A stretch of DNA of 64,000 nt, taken from NCBI GenBank assembly GCA_963848295.1, contig CAWKDB010000010.1, forward strand, positions 3,552,001 to 3,616,000, written 5' to 3'. Every line of letters starts with the position of its first letter. Within the stretch, counting starts at the first letter, position 1. The DNA is from an uncultured delta proteobacterium (GTDB taxonomy: Bacteria; Myxococcota_A; Polyangia; Haliangiales; Haliangiaceae). This document shows positions 39,066 through 50,938 of the stretch, in pieces. The notes beneath the pieces were generated by a model, which saw nothing but the letters and a program-made list of their open reading frames with translations, was not told the DNA's origin and did not search any database. Made by a program: the position numbers and the translations under genes.

Positions 39066-39175
39066 GCTGCACAGGGTCCGAGCGCGTAACTTCCAAGCCG
39101 ATCATCATGTGTCGGCGTATCAAAACGCGTTGCACCGCGCGTTGTCCCGCGCCGCGCGCAGGACCCTGTGACAGC
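39066..39175. other. Multibranch stem-loop intergenic element (candidate sRNA/cis-RNA or miniature inverted-repeat element)
   Basis: CACAGGGTCC (39070-79) / GGACCCTGTG (39161-70) perfect IR enclosing two internal hairpins. Confidence 0.45.
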
Positions 39176-39214
39176 GCAGCCAGCGCGCGCGTTCGCGGTC
39201 TCGCGGGCGAGTCG

Positions 39215-40081
39215 TCAAGAGTCGCGCAGGAAGCGCGTCACGCTCGCCTCGAGCTTGCTCTGGACGAGCCGGATCACGCTCGCGACTTCTTCGACCGGCA
39301 GCTCGAGGCGATCGGCGAGCCGGCGGTGCGTGCATGACACGAGCGAGGCGCGCGCGCGATTGATCCAGCGCGCGGCGGTCGCGCGATGGACGCCGAACGC
39401 GGCACCGATCTCGTCGATCGACATGTCGTCGACGACTTGCTGGCGCAGCACCATGCGGTCTTCAAGCGCCAGGTCGTTGACCGCTTCGTGTAGCGCGGCG
39501 GCAAACTCGGCGCGGTATTCGGCTTTGAGCATCTCGAAGCCAGGGTCGATGCCGCTGGTCAGCAATAGATCGAGGCTGCGATCGACGGGCTGTTCGCGCA
39601 TGTACTTCTTCTTGACCCGGATCAGCTCGCGCGTCGCGGTGATCCGGAGCCAACCGCGGAGCGGGCCGCGCCCGCGGTAGCCGGCGATGCCGGGCGGCTT
39701 GCCGTCTTGCGCGACGAGCAGCTGCAGGCGCAGCACTTGCTTGACCTCGCCGATCTGATCGGCCGAGGCCTTGGTCGCGCCGCCGGCGGCATCGACCTCG
39801 GCGAGCACCTGCTCGAACGCGGCGTTCGCGGTGGGCTCGTTCGCAGTGCACGCCGCGGCGAGCGCGAGATCGGCGGCGGGCGCGGCGGCGAGCGCGACGC
39901 CGAGCTCGTCGCCGTAGATCCGCTCGCCGACGAACGGGATCAGCTGCGCCTCGGTGAATTTCACGGTCGGCCAGCGCATGCGGGCCGCGGTGAACACAGC
40001 TTCCCAAGCGGTCAGCGCCGCCACCTCGGATGCGACAGAGAGTTTGCTCAGTTCGGCGAGCTGGCGGACGACCTCGGACAC
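39215..40081 (-). CDS. Myxobacterial-type ECF-like sigma-70 factor
   Basis: [48 protein letters not shown] (sigma4 HTH), [15 protein letters not shown]; resembles TIGR03001-type family (from memory). Confidence 0.85.
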   Translation of the reverse strand: MSEVVRQLAELSKLSVASEVAALTAWEAVFTAARMRWPTVKFTEAQLIPFVGERIYGDELGVALAAAPAADLALAAACTANEPTANAAFEQVLAEVDAAGGATKASADQIGEVKQVLRLQLLVAQDGKPPGIAGYRGRGPLRGWLRITATRELIRVKKKYMREQPVDRSLDLLLTSGIDPGFEMLKAEYRAEFAAALHEAVNDLALEDRMVLRQQVVDDMSIDEIGAAFGVHRATAARWINRARASLVSCTHRRLADRLELPVEEVASVIRLVQSKLEASVTRFLRDS

Positions 40082-40116
40082 CGCCGTGATTGTCGCATGT
40101 GTCAGAATGCGAAGCG

Positions 40117-42227
<2,111 letters not shown>

Positions 42228-42233
42228 CCCTGT

Positions 42234-43277
42234 TCAGTGCGCGTGGCCGTGGTGGATATCGGGCGCGTGTTCGTGCACGTGTTCGAGCTCGCCGTGGTGA
42301 TGCGGATGCGCGTGCTCGCCGACGACCGGCGGCTCGTGGACATGATCGTGGTGGCCGTCGTCGTGGCGATGGACGTGATCGTGATCGACCGCGTGATGGT
42401 GGTGCGGGTGAGCGTGGCGCTCGGTCGCGTGCAACCACACGCCGGTCGCGAATAGTGCCGCCGCGCCGAGCGTCCAGGCATCGAGCGCGCGATCGCCGAG
42501 CGCGATCGCAACCGCCGCCCCGACGAACGGAGCGAGCGCGAACACCGAACCCGTGCGACCCGCGCCGATTCGCCGCTGTGCGAGCAGATAGAGCCGGAGC
42601 GACAAGCCGTAGCCGACCGCGCCACACGCGACGACCGCGAGCGCCGGCCCGATCGGTGGCAGCGCCTCGCCGACGATCACCGCGGCGGTCAACGACAGCG
42701 TCGCACCGAGCGCGCCCTTGCCGGCGATCACCGCGAGCGGATCGCGCTCCGCAAGCGGCCGGGTCAGCGTGTTGTCGAGTGCCCAGCCGAGCGTCGCGCC
42801 GGCGACCGCGATCGCTCCGGTCGCGCTCCACTCGCCACCGCGCGCGGCGGCGAGCACGAGCAACGCACCTCCTGCGGTCATCGCGGTGACCGCGAGCGCG
42901 ACCCGGCCGCCGATCGGCTCGCGAAACGCGACGCGCGCGAGCGCGACCGTGAACACCGCCTCGAGGTTGAGCAGCAGCGATCCGATCGTCGCCCCGGAGC
43001 GCGCGAGCCCCCACGCGAGCAACGCGGGCGCGACCGCACCGCCGACGACGGCGATCGCGACGAGCCGGCCGAGGTCGCCGCGAACGAGCGGTCCGCCGCT
43101 GCGGGCGAACGCGCGCAACGCGATCGCGGACGCCGCGGCACCGGCATAGAGCAGCGAAGCAGTGGCGATCGGTCCGACCCAGCGCTCGGCCCACGCGACG
43201 ATCGGCGTCGTCACGCCAAACGCGATCGCCGCCGCGGCAGCGAGCGTCACTCCACGGGTGATCGCGCGCGTCGTCAC
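42234..43277 (-). CDS. DMT/EamA transporter with His-rich C-terminal tail
   Basis: [42 protein letters not shown]; tail [25 protein letters not shown]...PDIHHGHAH. Confidence 0.9.
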   Translation of the reverse strand: MTTRAITRGVTLAAAAAIAFGVTTPIVAWAERWVGPIATASLLYAGAAASAIALRAFARSGGPLVRGDLGRLVAIAVVGGAVAPALLAWGLARSGATIGSLLLNLEAVFTVALARVAFREPIGGRVALAVTAMTAGGALLVLAAARGGEWSATGAIAVAGATLGWALDNTLTRPLAERDPLAVIAGKGALGATLSLTAAVIVGEALPPIGPALAVVACGAVGYGLSLRLYLLAQRRIGAGRTGSVFALAPFVGAAVAIALGDRALDAWTLGAAALFATGVWLHATERHAHPHHHHAVDHDHVHRHDDGHHDHVHEPPVVGEHAHPHHHGELEHVHEHAPDIHHGHAH

Positions 43278-43294
43278 GGCAGGCTCGGACCCGT

Positions 43295-43394
43295 AAGTGG
43301 ACAAAAGCGACAGCGTCCCCAGAGAAGTCGCGTGATCACAGGCTGTTGCGAGCGAGGTCTGCAACGGCAAGTAGACAATAGCGACAGCGTCACC
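43295..43394. repeat. 26-bp imperfect direct repeat flanking a hairpin
   Basis: AAGTGGACAAAAGCGACAGCGTCCCC (43295-43320) and AAGTAGACAATAGCGACAGCGTCACC (43369-43394), 23/26 identical. Confidence 0.8.
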
Positions 43395-44565
43395 TTTGCG
43401 AGTCTAGCAGCGCCGCGATTTGCTCGGGCGTGAACCCGTACTCGGCGAGCACCTCGCGCGATTGCTCGCCGAGCTTCGGCGGCGGCGCGCGGCGCGCGGG
43501 TGCGCCGACCGGCGTGCGCAGCTGCGCGATCGGACCGACGCCGTCGCCGCCGTCGATCTCGAAGAACACGCCGCGCGCGACGTGCAGTGGATGGGCCGCG
43601 AGCTCGGCGGGCTCGAGCGCGAGCTCGACACAGCAGTCGTGCTTGCCGCAGATCTCGAGCCACGCCGCCGCTGGCTTGCCCGCGAGGATCCCCTGGATCT
43701 CGGCGCGGACGCGCGCTTGGTCGGCGGGCGGCGCGATCAGCTCGGCGACGTTCGGCGCGCGCCCGATCGCCTGGTTGAAGGCGATCCAGAACTTCGGCTC
43801 GAGCGCGCCGACCGCGAGGTAGCGATCGTCGCCGGTGCGATAGACGCCGTAGCACGCGAGCCCGCCGTTCAGCGTCTCGGTGCCACGGGTGGGGTTCGCG
43901 CCGCAATCGAGGTTGCCGAGCTCGGCGGCGAGCAGCGCGAGCGCGCCTTCGGTCATCGAGATGTCGAGGTGCGCGCCGTGGCCGGTGCGTTCGCGACCGA
44001 CGAGCGCGCCGAGGATCGCGGTGGCGCTCCACAGCGCACCGCCGGCGAGATCCGCGATCTGGACGCCGGGCATCACGGGGGCCCCTCCGGCGGGGCCGCC
44101 CATCGCGAGCACACCGGCGAGCGCGATGTAGTCGAGGTCGTGACCGGCGCGGTCGACGTACGGCCCGGTCTGACCGTAGCCGCTGATCGAGCACACGACG
44201 ATCCTGGGATTGCGCGCGGCGAGCGTGTCGTAGCCGACGCCGAGCTTCGCCATCACGCCGGGGCGGAAGCTCTCGACCACGACGTCGGCCTTCGCGACCA
44301 TCGCGAGCAACGCGTCGCGGCCGGCCGGCGCCTTGAGATCGAGGGCGAGCGAGCGCTTGCCGCGGTTGACCGCGAGGTAGCGGCCGCCGACGCCGCCCTT
44401 GCTCGGCGGAAACGCGCGCAGGTAATCGCCGACGCGCGGATCCTCGATCTTGACGACGTCGGCGCCCATGTCGGCCAGCACCATCGTCAGGTACGGCCCG
44501 GGCAACAGACGCGATAGGTCGAGGACCCGGATGCCGCTCAGAGCGTCGGCGAGCGGCCCGTTCAC
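43390..44565 (-). CDS. CaiB/BaiF family III CoA-transferase
   Basis: [53 protein letters not shown]. Confidence 0.93.
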   Translation of the reverse strand: MNGPLADALSGIRVLDLSRLLPGPYLTMVLADMGADVVKIEDPRVGDYLRAFPPSKGGVGGRYLAVNRGKRSLALDLKAPAGRDALLAMVAKADVVVESFRPGVMAKLGVGYDTLAARNPRIVVCSISGYGQTGPYVDRAGHDLDYIALAGVLAMGGPAGGAPVMPGVQIADLAGGALWSATAILGALVGRERTGHGAHLDISMTEGALALLAAELGNLDCGANPTRGTETLNGGLACYGVYRTGDDRYLAVGALEPKFWIAFNQAIGRAPNVAELIAPPADQARVRAEIQGILAGKPAAAWLEICGKHDCCVELALEPAELAAHPLHVARGVFFEIDGGDGVGPIAQLRTPVGAPARRAPPPKLGEQSREVLAEYGFTPEQIAALLDSQR

Positions 44566-44567
44566 GA

Positions 44568-44924
44568 CTACTTCGCGGGGCGGGCGATCTCGAACAACTG
44601 CTGGAGCTTCATCGCGAGCATCGGATCGCCGGTGATCGCGAGCTTGCCCTGGAAGTAGAGCTGCATGCCGGCGTTGGGATCGCCGAGCATCGTCTTGAAG
44701 TCGTCGCCGGCGACGGCCACCGTGCACTGCGCCTTACCCGAGTCGCCCTTGGTGCAGCTCGGCGGGTTCGCGGTGCAGTCGACGGTCCATTCACCGCCGC
44801 CGTCCCCCGAGATCTTGAAGCAGTAGATCGCGTTGAGCTCGCGAGCTTTGTCGGGGAACTGCTTCAAGCCCTCCGGAACGAGGTTGTCGAACAGGTCCTG
44901 CGCGTCCTTGGGCATCGTGGCCAT
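44568..44924 (-). CDS. SCP2 sterol/lipid-binding domain protein
   Basis: [40 protein letters not shown]. Confidence 0.9.
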   Translation of the reverse strand: MATMPKDAQDLFDNLVPEGLKQFPDKARELNAIYCFKISGDGGGEWTVDCTANPPSCTKGDSGKAQCTVAVAGDDFKTMLGDPNAGMQLYFQGKLAITGDPMLAMKLQQLFEIARPAK

Positions 44925-44971
44925 GCTTCAATCCTCCGAGCCCCGGTGTTACCGCGCCCGCTCCTCGGCGG

Positions 44972-45925
44972 TCAATCCACCGGGGGCAGGTCCTGATCGG
45001 AGTAGGCACACTGCGCCGGGTCGCCTTCGGTCGGATTGAAGTTGACGTTGTCCGAGTAGTAGACCCGGTCGAACGCGGTATCCCAGCATTCCGAGGCCAG
45101 CGCTTGCTGGCTGCCGAGGTCGCCGCCGGCGATCCGAGCGTCGCCACGGCCAGCGCCGGTGCCCTTCCACCGCGACCGCAGCGTCAGGTCTTCTGCGGCC
45201 GAGGTGCCACCGATGTTCGCCGAGATGTCGAACGTCATGTCGCCACCGCCGTCCGCGGCTTGGTCGTACTCGTACATGCCGACCAGCGGGGTGCCATCGC
45301 TGGTGCTCGAGTTGATCCCGAGCTCGAGGTGCATCGCGGCGAGGTCGTAGGTCACGTCGACGTCGCCCTTCGCGTTCGGATTGTCGATCGGATCCACCGT
45401 CTTCGATGCATCGAAGTCGAAGTGGAACGTGCCGTTGCCCATGTTGTCGCCCGGGCGCGGGTCGGCGTGACCGTCGATGATCGCGATGAAGTTGTCGCTG
45501 GTGTCCTGCTTGTTGTGGCCGGATAGGGTGTAGTCATACGTGCCGTCGTCGTTCGCGGTCACGTCGAGCTTGTACTGCGCGGGGTCGAGTGCGCTGCCGC
45601 TCCACGGGCCCCAGGTGTACGTGTTGCCGCTGACCGACGTCACCGGGTACTGGACGATCGAGTGGATCAAGACGAGCACCCACGCGCTCGCGCCGTTGAA
45701 CGTCAGCGTGACCGCGCGGGTCTCGAGATAGAACGTCGCGATCTGACCGACGGTCGGATCGGCGACGCGCTTCGACGCGCTCGCGGGCAGCTTGATCGAG
45801 ACCTGGTCGCTGGTCGGGATCGCCTTGTCGAGACCGGCTGGCGCGTCGTCGCGCGGAATGCAGCCGGTCGCCAACAGGCACGCGGCACAGGAAGCGGTGA
45901 GTAAGCTCGTCATGGTGCGAATCAT
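44972..45925 (-). CDS. Lipoprotein, hypothetical (beta-rich)
   Basis: GAGGAGG RBS; LLATGC lipobox; TWGPW, SRWKGTGAGRGDA, ECWD. Confidence 0.8.
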   Translation of the reverse strand: MIRTMTSLLTASCAACLLATGCIPRDDAPAGLDKAIPTSDQVSIKLPASASKRVADPTVGQIATFYLETRAVTLTFNGASAWVLVLIHSIVQYPVTSVSGNTYTWGPWSGSALDPAQYKLDVTANDDGTYDYTLSGHNKQDTSDNFIAIIDGHADPRPGDNMGNGTFHFDFDASKTVDPIDNPNAKGDVDVTYDLAAMHLELGINSSTSDGTPLVGMYEYDQAADGGGDMTFDISANIGGTSAAEDLTLRSRWKGTGAGRGDARIAGGDLGSQQALASECWDTAFDRVYYSDNVNFNPTEGDPAQCAYSDQDLPPVD

Positions 45926-45995
45926 CTGGATCCTCCTCGGTGACGGACCGATAAAGCACCCGCCGTACCAACGTATATCCCGCCGGATCAGCTAG

Positions 45996-47189
45996 TTACG
46001 GTGTGGAGTTTTCCGACGGTGGTCGCGCGGCGCCGGGAGCCGTGGGAGGCGCCGACAGCTCTGGAAGGATCGTTAACGTATCGCCGTCGTGGAACGCGAC
46101 GACCGCGTCATTGGCGACCGCGAGCCCGATCGGCTGTTGGCGCTGCGCGATCGGGAGCGGATAGACGTACATGATCAGCGCGTTCGCGGCGAAGCCGACG
46201 ATGTAGTCGTGCTCGAGCGAGGTATCCAGCCGCAGCGCCAGCGCGGTGTCGCCGACCGCATCGATCGCGTGGCCGAACAGCGCGACACCGGGCACGGGAA
46301 ACGACACCTGGCCGTGCATCGAACCGGTCGCGTCGATATCGAACAAGTTGAGCTCGGGCGCGCCAGCGAAGTGGTGGAGGTTCGCCGCCCGGATCATCGG
46401 ACCTTGCTCGGGCAAGTAGATCGCCCCGAGCAGCTCGCTATAACCGCGCCGCGTGTGCCAGCTCGTCCCGGCGTGCTCGCGACCGGTGATCACGCCGGCG
46501 GCATCGCGCGTGACCTCCCACGTGCGGTCGCGGTAGCGCACGACGATCGGCGGGTCGGCGGCGGAGATCGGCGTCGCCTCACCGGTGACCGGCTCGATCG
46601 ACAGCGCCTGATCTCCGCGGCGCCACGCGATCGCGTGCTCGCCGAGTGACCACGTCGCTTCGGCGCCGGTCGCGTGCGCGAATGCCTCGAGTCGCTTGCC
46701 GTGGACCGCGACGTAGCCCTCGTCGCCGCCGGCGCGAGTCACCGCACGCAGGCAGCCGACGCCGCGCTCGCCGGCCGGCACCCCGACGTCGCCGACGCAA
46801 TCGCCGAGCAACACGAAGCCGTCGGGGCGCGCGAGCGGCGGTGCGGTGCGCCCTCCGGCGGGCTTGTGCCACGCGACTTGCCCGCGGCGATAGTCGACCG
46901 CGACAAACCCGAGCTGCGGCGACGCGACGACCGCGAGACCGCCGGCGACGACCGGTCCGACGCTGTCACCGGGCGCGGCATCCTTATTGATCGCGAGCGA
47001 CACGACCCGAACCGGCTCGATCTTGGGCAGCGCGGCGAGCGCCGGCCACGGGTCCTTGTTCGGCCTCGCATCCGCCACGCCGCCATCGCGCGGCGGCGGG
47101 CGCACGACCGCCAGCGCGGCGTCTCCCGGCGCCGGCTTGCCCTTGCACGCAGCGAGCAGCGCGATCGCGACGATCGAACCTCCGACCAC
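45996..47189 (-). CDS. Lipoprotein with partial PQQ-like beta-propeller motifs
   Basis: IALLAAC lipobox; FVAVDYRRGQVAW; start approximate. Confidence 0.65.
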   Translation of the reverse strand: MVGGSIVAIALLAACKGKPAPGDAALAVVRPPPRDGGVADARPNKDPWPALAALPKIEPVRVVSLAINKDAAPGDSVGPVVAGGLAVVASPQLGFVAVDYRRGQVAWHKPAGGRTAPPLARPDGFVLLGDCVGDVGVPAGERGVGCLRAVTRAGGDEGYVAVHGKRLEAFAHATGAEATWSLGEHAIAWRRGDQALSIEPVTGEATPISAADPPIVVRYRDRTWEVTRDAAGVITGREHAGTSWHTRRGYSELLGAIYLPEQGPMIRAANLHHFAGAPELNLFDIDATGSMHGQVSFPVPGVALFGHAIDAVGDTALALRLDTSLEHDYIVGFAANALIMYVYPLPIAQRQQPIGLAVANDAVVAFHDGDTLTILPELSAPPTAPGAARPPSENSTP

Positions 47190-47236
47190 CCTCTCGCCCG
47201 GAGAAAGTCGCCTAGAGGTCCACCGTCCCCACACGA

Positions 47237-48661
47237 CTATGCGTCTTTGCTCTTACGCATCTCGAGCTTTTCGCGCATCTCGTCGGCCCAGCCCTCTTTG
47301 TTGACCTGCTTGACCCGGGCGATCGCGAGCGCTCCGCGCGGGACATCCTTGGTCACGGTCGTACCCGCGCCGACGTACGCGTCGCGGCCGACGGTCACCG
47401 GTGCGACGAGCTGGCTGTCCGAACCGACGAACGCGCCGGCTTCGATCGTCGTCTGATACTTGCCGACGCCGTCGTAGTTGCACGTGATGACGCCGGCGCC
47501 GATGTTCGCTTTGTGGCCGACCGACGCGTCGCCGAGGTACGCGAGGTGGTTCGCCTTCGCGCCGGCCATCATGTGGGTTTTCTTGGTCTCGACGAAGTTT
47601 CCGAGGTGGACCTCCTCGTCGATCTGGCTGCCCGGTCGGCAATGGGTGAACGGGCCGAGCTTCGCGCGTTCGCCGACGACGGTTTCGGTGAGCACGGAGT
47701 ATGGCTTGACGTGGGTGTCGTCCGCGACCGTGACATCGGTCAGCACGCAGCCGACATCGAGGTGAACGCCGTCGCCGATCCTGGTCTTGCCGCGCAGGGC
47801 GACGTTGGGCCCGAGCCAGACGTCCGTGCCGAGCGGGCCGACCTCGGCGTCGATGAACGTCGTCGCCGGATCGGCCATCGTCACGCCGGCGCGCATCCAG
47901 CCCTCGTTGATCCGCTTGCGCGCCGCGGCGTCGACGGTCGCGAGATCGACCCGGTCGTTGATCCCGGCGACCTCGGCGAACGGCGCGTCGATCGCGGTGG
48001 CTCCGCCGCGTGCGTACGCGTGAGCGACGAGATCGGTGAGGTAGAGCTCGCCCTTCGCGTTATCCGCGCGCAGCGCGTTGAGGTCTTTGCGCAGGTGGCC
48101 GAGTCGGACCGCGTAGAACCCGGCGTTCGTGTCGCGAAGCGCGCGCTGGGCGGCGGTCGCGTCGGGGTACTCGACGATCCGCTCGAGCACGCCTTGGTCG
48201 TCGCGCACGAGGCGGCCGTACGGCATGTCGCGGTCGGGCACGGTCGACAGCAGCGCGAGCCCGGCCTTCGATGCGGCGCAAGCGGCGACGAGCTCGGCGA
48301 TGCGTTCGCTCGCGAGCAACGGCGCGTCGCCGGTGAGGATCACGACGATGCGATCGTCGGGTTCGGCCGCGACCGCGGGCAACGCGCACTGCACCGCGTG
48401 ACCGGTGCCGCGCGGCTCGGTCTGATGCGCGATCGCGATCGAGCCGGGGCCGAAGCTGGCGTCGAGTGATGCGCGCACCGCTTCGAGCTGATGACCGAGG
48501 ATCGCGACGATCTTCTGAGCGCCGGCGGCGCGCGCCGCGGTCACGACCCAATGCAGCATCGGCCGCCCGGCGATGCGATGAAGGACCTTGGCTTGGTCGC
48601 TCTTCATCCGCGTGCCGAGCCCCGCCGCCATGATGAAGACGAGAGGAGCTGGACTACTCAT
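47237..48661 (-). CDS. glmU: Bifunctional UDP-GlcNAc pyrophosphorylase/glucosamine-1-P acetyltransferase
   Basis: MAAGLGTRMKS, KVLH, GTGHAV, YGRLVR, ELYLTD, GNFVETK, HLAYLGDA, CNYDG. Confidence 0.97.
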   Translation of the reverse strand: MSSPAPLVFIMAAGLGTRMKSDQAKVLHRIAGRPMLHWVVTAARAAGAQKIVAILGHQLEAVRASLDASFGPGSIAIAHQTEPRGTGHAVQCALPAVAAEPDDRIVVILTGDAPLLASERIAELVAACAASKAGLALLSTVPDRDMPYGRLVRDDQGVLERIVEYPDATAAQRALRDTNAGFYAVRLGHLRKDLNALRADNAKGELYLTDLVAHAYARGGATAIDAPFAEVAGINDRVDLATVDAAARKRINEGWMRAGVTMADPATTFIDAEVGPLGTDVWLGPNVALRGKTRIGDGVHLDVGCVLTDVTVADDTHVKPYSVLTETVVGERAKLGPFTHCRPGSQIDEEVHLGNFVETKKTHMMAGAKANHLAYLGDASVGHKANIGAGVITCNYDGVGKYQTTIEAGAFVGSDSQLVAPVTVGRDAYVGAGTTVTKDVPRGALAIARVKQVNKEGWADEMREKLEMRKSKDA

Positions 48662-48725
48662 GTGGGCGGAAACCGTAGCATGCGCGACATTCGATCCACG
48701 CACGAGGCCGGCTCGTACTCGATCC

Positions 48726-49640
48726 ATGCGCCGTCTCGTCGCACTGTGCGTCGTCGCGGGTTGCGGGACGGCGCCGGTCTCGGCCGCTCCCGCGAGCGGC
48801 ATCGTGTGGCCGCCGGTGATCGACTCCCACGTCCATCTCGCGCTGTGGCCGGTCGCCGATCAGCTCGCGAACAACGGCGTGCTCGGCGCGGTCGATCTCG
48901 GCGAGCCCGAGACCGCGCTCGGCAGCACGCTCCCGATCGAGGTGCTCGCGGCCGGGCCGATGCTCACGCATCGCGGTGGCTATCCACTCGATGCGTGGGG
49001 CCGCGACGGCTATGGCGTCGGCTGCGACGACGTCGCGTGCGTGCGCACGACCATCGATCGACTCGCGAGCGAAGGTGCGGCGGTGATCAAGCTCGCGCTC
49101 GACGACGACGGGCTCGCACCGGCGCTCGTGCCTGTCGCGGTGGCGGCGGCACACGCGCATCACTTGAAGGTCGCGGTCCACGCGCTATCCGACGGGAGTG
49201 CTCGGATCGCCGGGCGAGCGGGGGTCGACGTGCTCGCGCACACGCCGGTCGAGCCGCTCGCGCCCGAGACGATCGCGCTGTGGCGAGGTCGCGCCGTGAT
49301 CTCGACGCTCGCGGCGTTCGGTGGGACCGCCTCGGCAGTCGCGAACCTGCGAGCGCTGCGCGCGGCGGGAGTCACCGTGCTGTACGGCACCGACCTCGGC
49401 AACCGGCGCGACGCCGGACCGAGCGCCGACGAGATCGCGCTGTTGCGCAAAGCCGGGCTCGACGATTCCGCGATCACCGCCGCGATGACGACGACGCCCG
49501 CGGCGTACTGGGGCTTCAAGTTCGATCCGCGGGTCGGCCCCGATGCGACGCTGCTCGTGCTCGATCGCGATCCGCGCCGAGACGCGACCGCGTTGTTGTC
49601 GCCGCGCGCGGTGTATCTGCACGGCCATCGGATTCGTTGA
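48726..49640 (+). CDS. Amidohydrolase-family lipoprotein
   Basis: LCVVAGC lipobox; VIDSHVH, VIK, VAVHA, LAHTP, YGTDLG. Confidence 0.82.
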   Translation: MRRLVALCVVAGCGTAPVSAAPASGIVWPPVIDSHVHLALWPVADQLANNGVLGAVDLGEPETALGSTLPIEVLAAGPMLTHRGGYPLDAWGRDGYGVGCDDVACVRTTIDRLASEGAAVIKLALDDDGLAPALVPVAVAAAHAHHLKVAVHALSDGSARIAGRAGVDVLAHTPVEPLAPETIALWRGRAVISTLAAFGGTASAVANLRALRAAGVTVLYGTDLGNRRDAGPSADEIALLRKAGLDDSAITAAMTTTPAAYWGFKFDPRVGPDATLLVLDRDPRRDATALLSPRAVYLHGHRIR

Positions 49641-49663
49641 GCCCACTCTGCTACAACCGCGGC

Positions 49664-50788
49664 GTGCGCCGGATCGCTGTCGTCGTGCTCGCGCTGTGCG
49701 CGCTGGCGGCCACCGCGTCCGCGCACCAGACGTCGGTCAAGTACGTCGACCTCGTCGCGAGCGGCCGCCACGTCGCGGTGACCGTCCGCGTCGCGCCGGG
49801 CGATGTCGCGGAGCCACTCGGCCTGCCCGCCGACGCGAGGCCGAGCGTCGCCGAGGCGAGCACGCCGAAGGTCGCGGCGTACGTCGCGGATTGGCTGGTG
49901 CTGACCGGCTGCACCGCCTCGCCGCCGATCGCGAAGCCCGACGAAGACGCGAAGTTCGTCGCGGTGACCTGGGGCGACGAGTGTCCTAGCACGGCGGAGC
50001 TCACGCTCGATTTCTCGCGGTTCTTCGCGGTCGACCAGCGCCACATCGCGATCGTCAGGCTGACTTCGGGCAACGAAGCGCCGATCGACACGATCGTGCG
50101 CGCCGGCGATCCGCCGCTCGTGCTGCACGCCGGGGAAGCGCCGCCGTCGTCGTTGCTCGCGTGGATCCACGCCGGCATGGATCACATCTACAGCGGCCAC
50201 GATCACATCGCGTTCGTGCTCGCGCTGCTGCTCGTCGTCATGCTCGTTCGCGCGCCCGGCAAGCACGTATGGCAGACGCGCACGCTCGCGCAGACCTTGA
50301 AGTCGACCGCGAAGATCATCACCGCGTTCACGATCGCGCACTCGATCTCGCTGATCGCCGCGTCGCTCGGCTTGCTTCACCTGCCGTCGAAGTTCGTCGA
50401 GAGCATGATCGCCGCGTCGATCACCTATACGGCGGTCGAGGACATCCTCAAGCCCGACGTGCGCTGGCGGTTCGTGCTGACGTTCGGCTTCGGCCTCGTC
50501 CATGGCCTGGGGTTCGCGTCGGTGCTCTCCGAGATGCTGCCGCCGCACGACGTCATCGTGCCGCTGCTGTGCTTCAACGTCGGGATCGAGATCGGCCAGC
50601 TCTCGATCGTGCTGATCGTGCTGCCCATCCTGTTCGGCGTCTGCCGCGGTCTGACCGCCGATCGCTACCGCCACGCGCTGATGCCGATGCTGGCGCTCGC
50701 GATCGCCGTGCTCGGCGCCAACGCGATCGCGACTCGGGCGCTCGGCATCAACTTGCTGCCGTTTCTGCCCTCGTGGCTCGCGTTCTAG
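49664..50788 (+). CDS. HupE/UreJ-family membrane protein with periplasmic N-terminal domain
   Basis: ASA-HQ mature N-terminal His; GMDHIYSGHDHIAF, TAFTIAHSISL, FGLVHGLGFA, FNVGIEIGQ. Confidence 0.9.
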   Translation: MRRIAVVVLALCALAATASAHQTSVKYVDLVASGRHVAVTVRVAPGDVAEPLGLPADARPSVAEASTPKVAAYVADWLVLTGCTASPPIAKPDEDAKFVAVTWGDECPSTAELTLDFSRFFAVDQRHIAIVRLTSGNEAPIDTIVRAGDPPLVLHAGEAPPSSLLAWIHAGMDHIYSGHDHIAFVLALLLVVMLVRAPGKHVWQTRTLAQTLKSTAKIITAFTIAHSISLIAASLGLLHLPSKFVESMIAASITYTAVEDILKPDVRWRFVLTFGFGLVHGLGFASVLSEMLPPHDVIVPLLCFNVGIEIGQLSIVLIVLPILFGVCRGLTADRYRHALMPMLALAIAVLGANAIATRALGINLLPFLPSWLAF

Positions 50789-50938
50789 GCGTCGCCAGCG
50801 GTCGAACGTACGTTCACGTCGCCTAGGTAGGACACGCGCTCACGTCCCCACCGAGCGCTGGCGCCGCACTCGCGATCTGCAGTGCGATCCCGTTCACAGT
50901 TCAATCCACCAGGTCGACCTGTCTATACTGGGAGGACG

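Noticed and set aside
39066..39175. 6S RNA or SRP RNA
   Set aside because: Too short and branched for the 6S rod; no SRP GGAA-tetraloop domain
43295..43394. Mini-CRISPR array or NiCo riboswitch
   Set aside because: Only two imperfect repeats, no cas genes, and no match to the NiCo consensus as I recall it; kept only as a regulatory repeat
50804..50815. LexA SOS box
   Set aside because: Matches the Gram-positive GAAC-N4-GTTC pattern, not the M. xanthus-type box, and the downstream gene is not a repair gene; kept only as a generic palindrome
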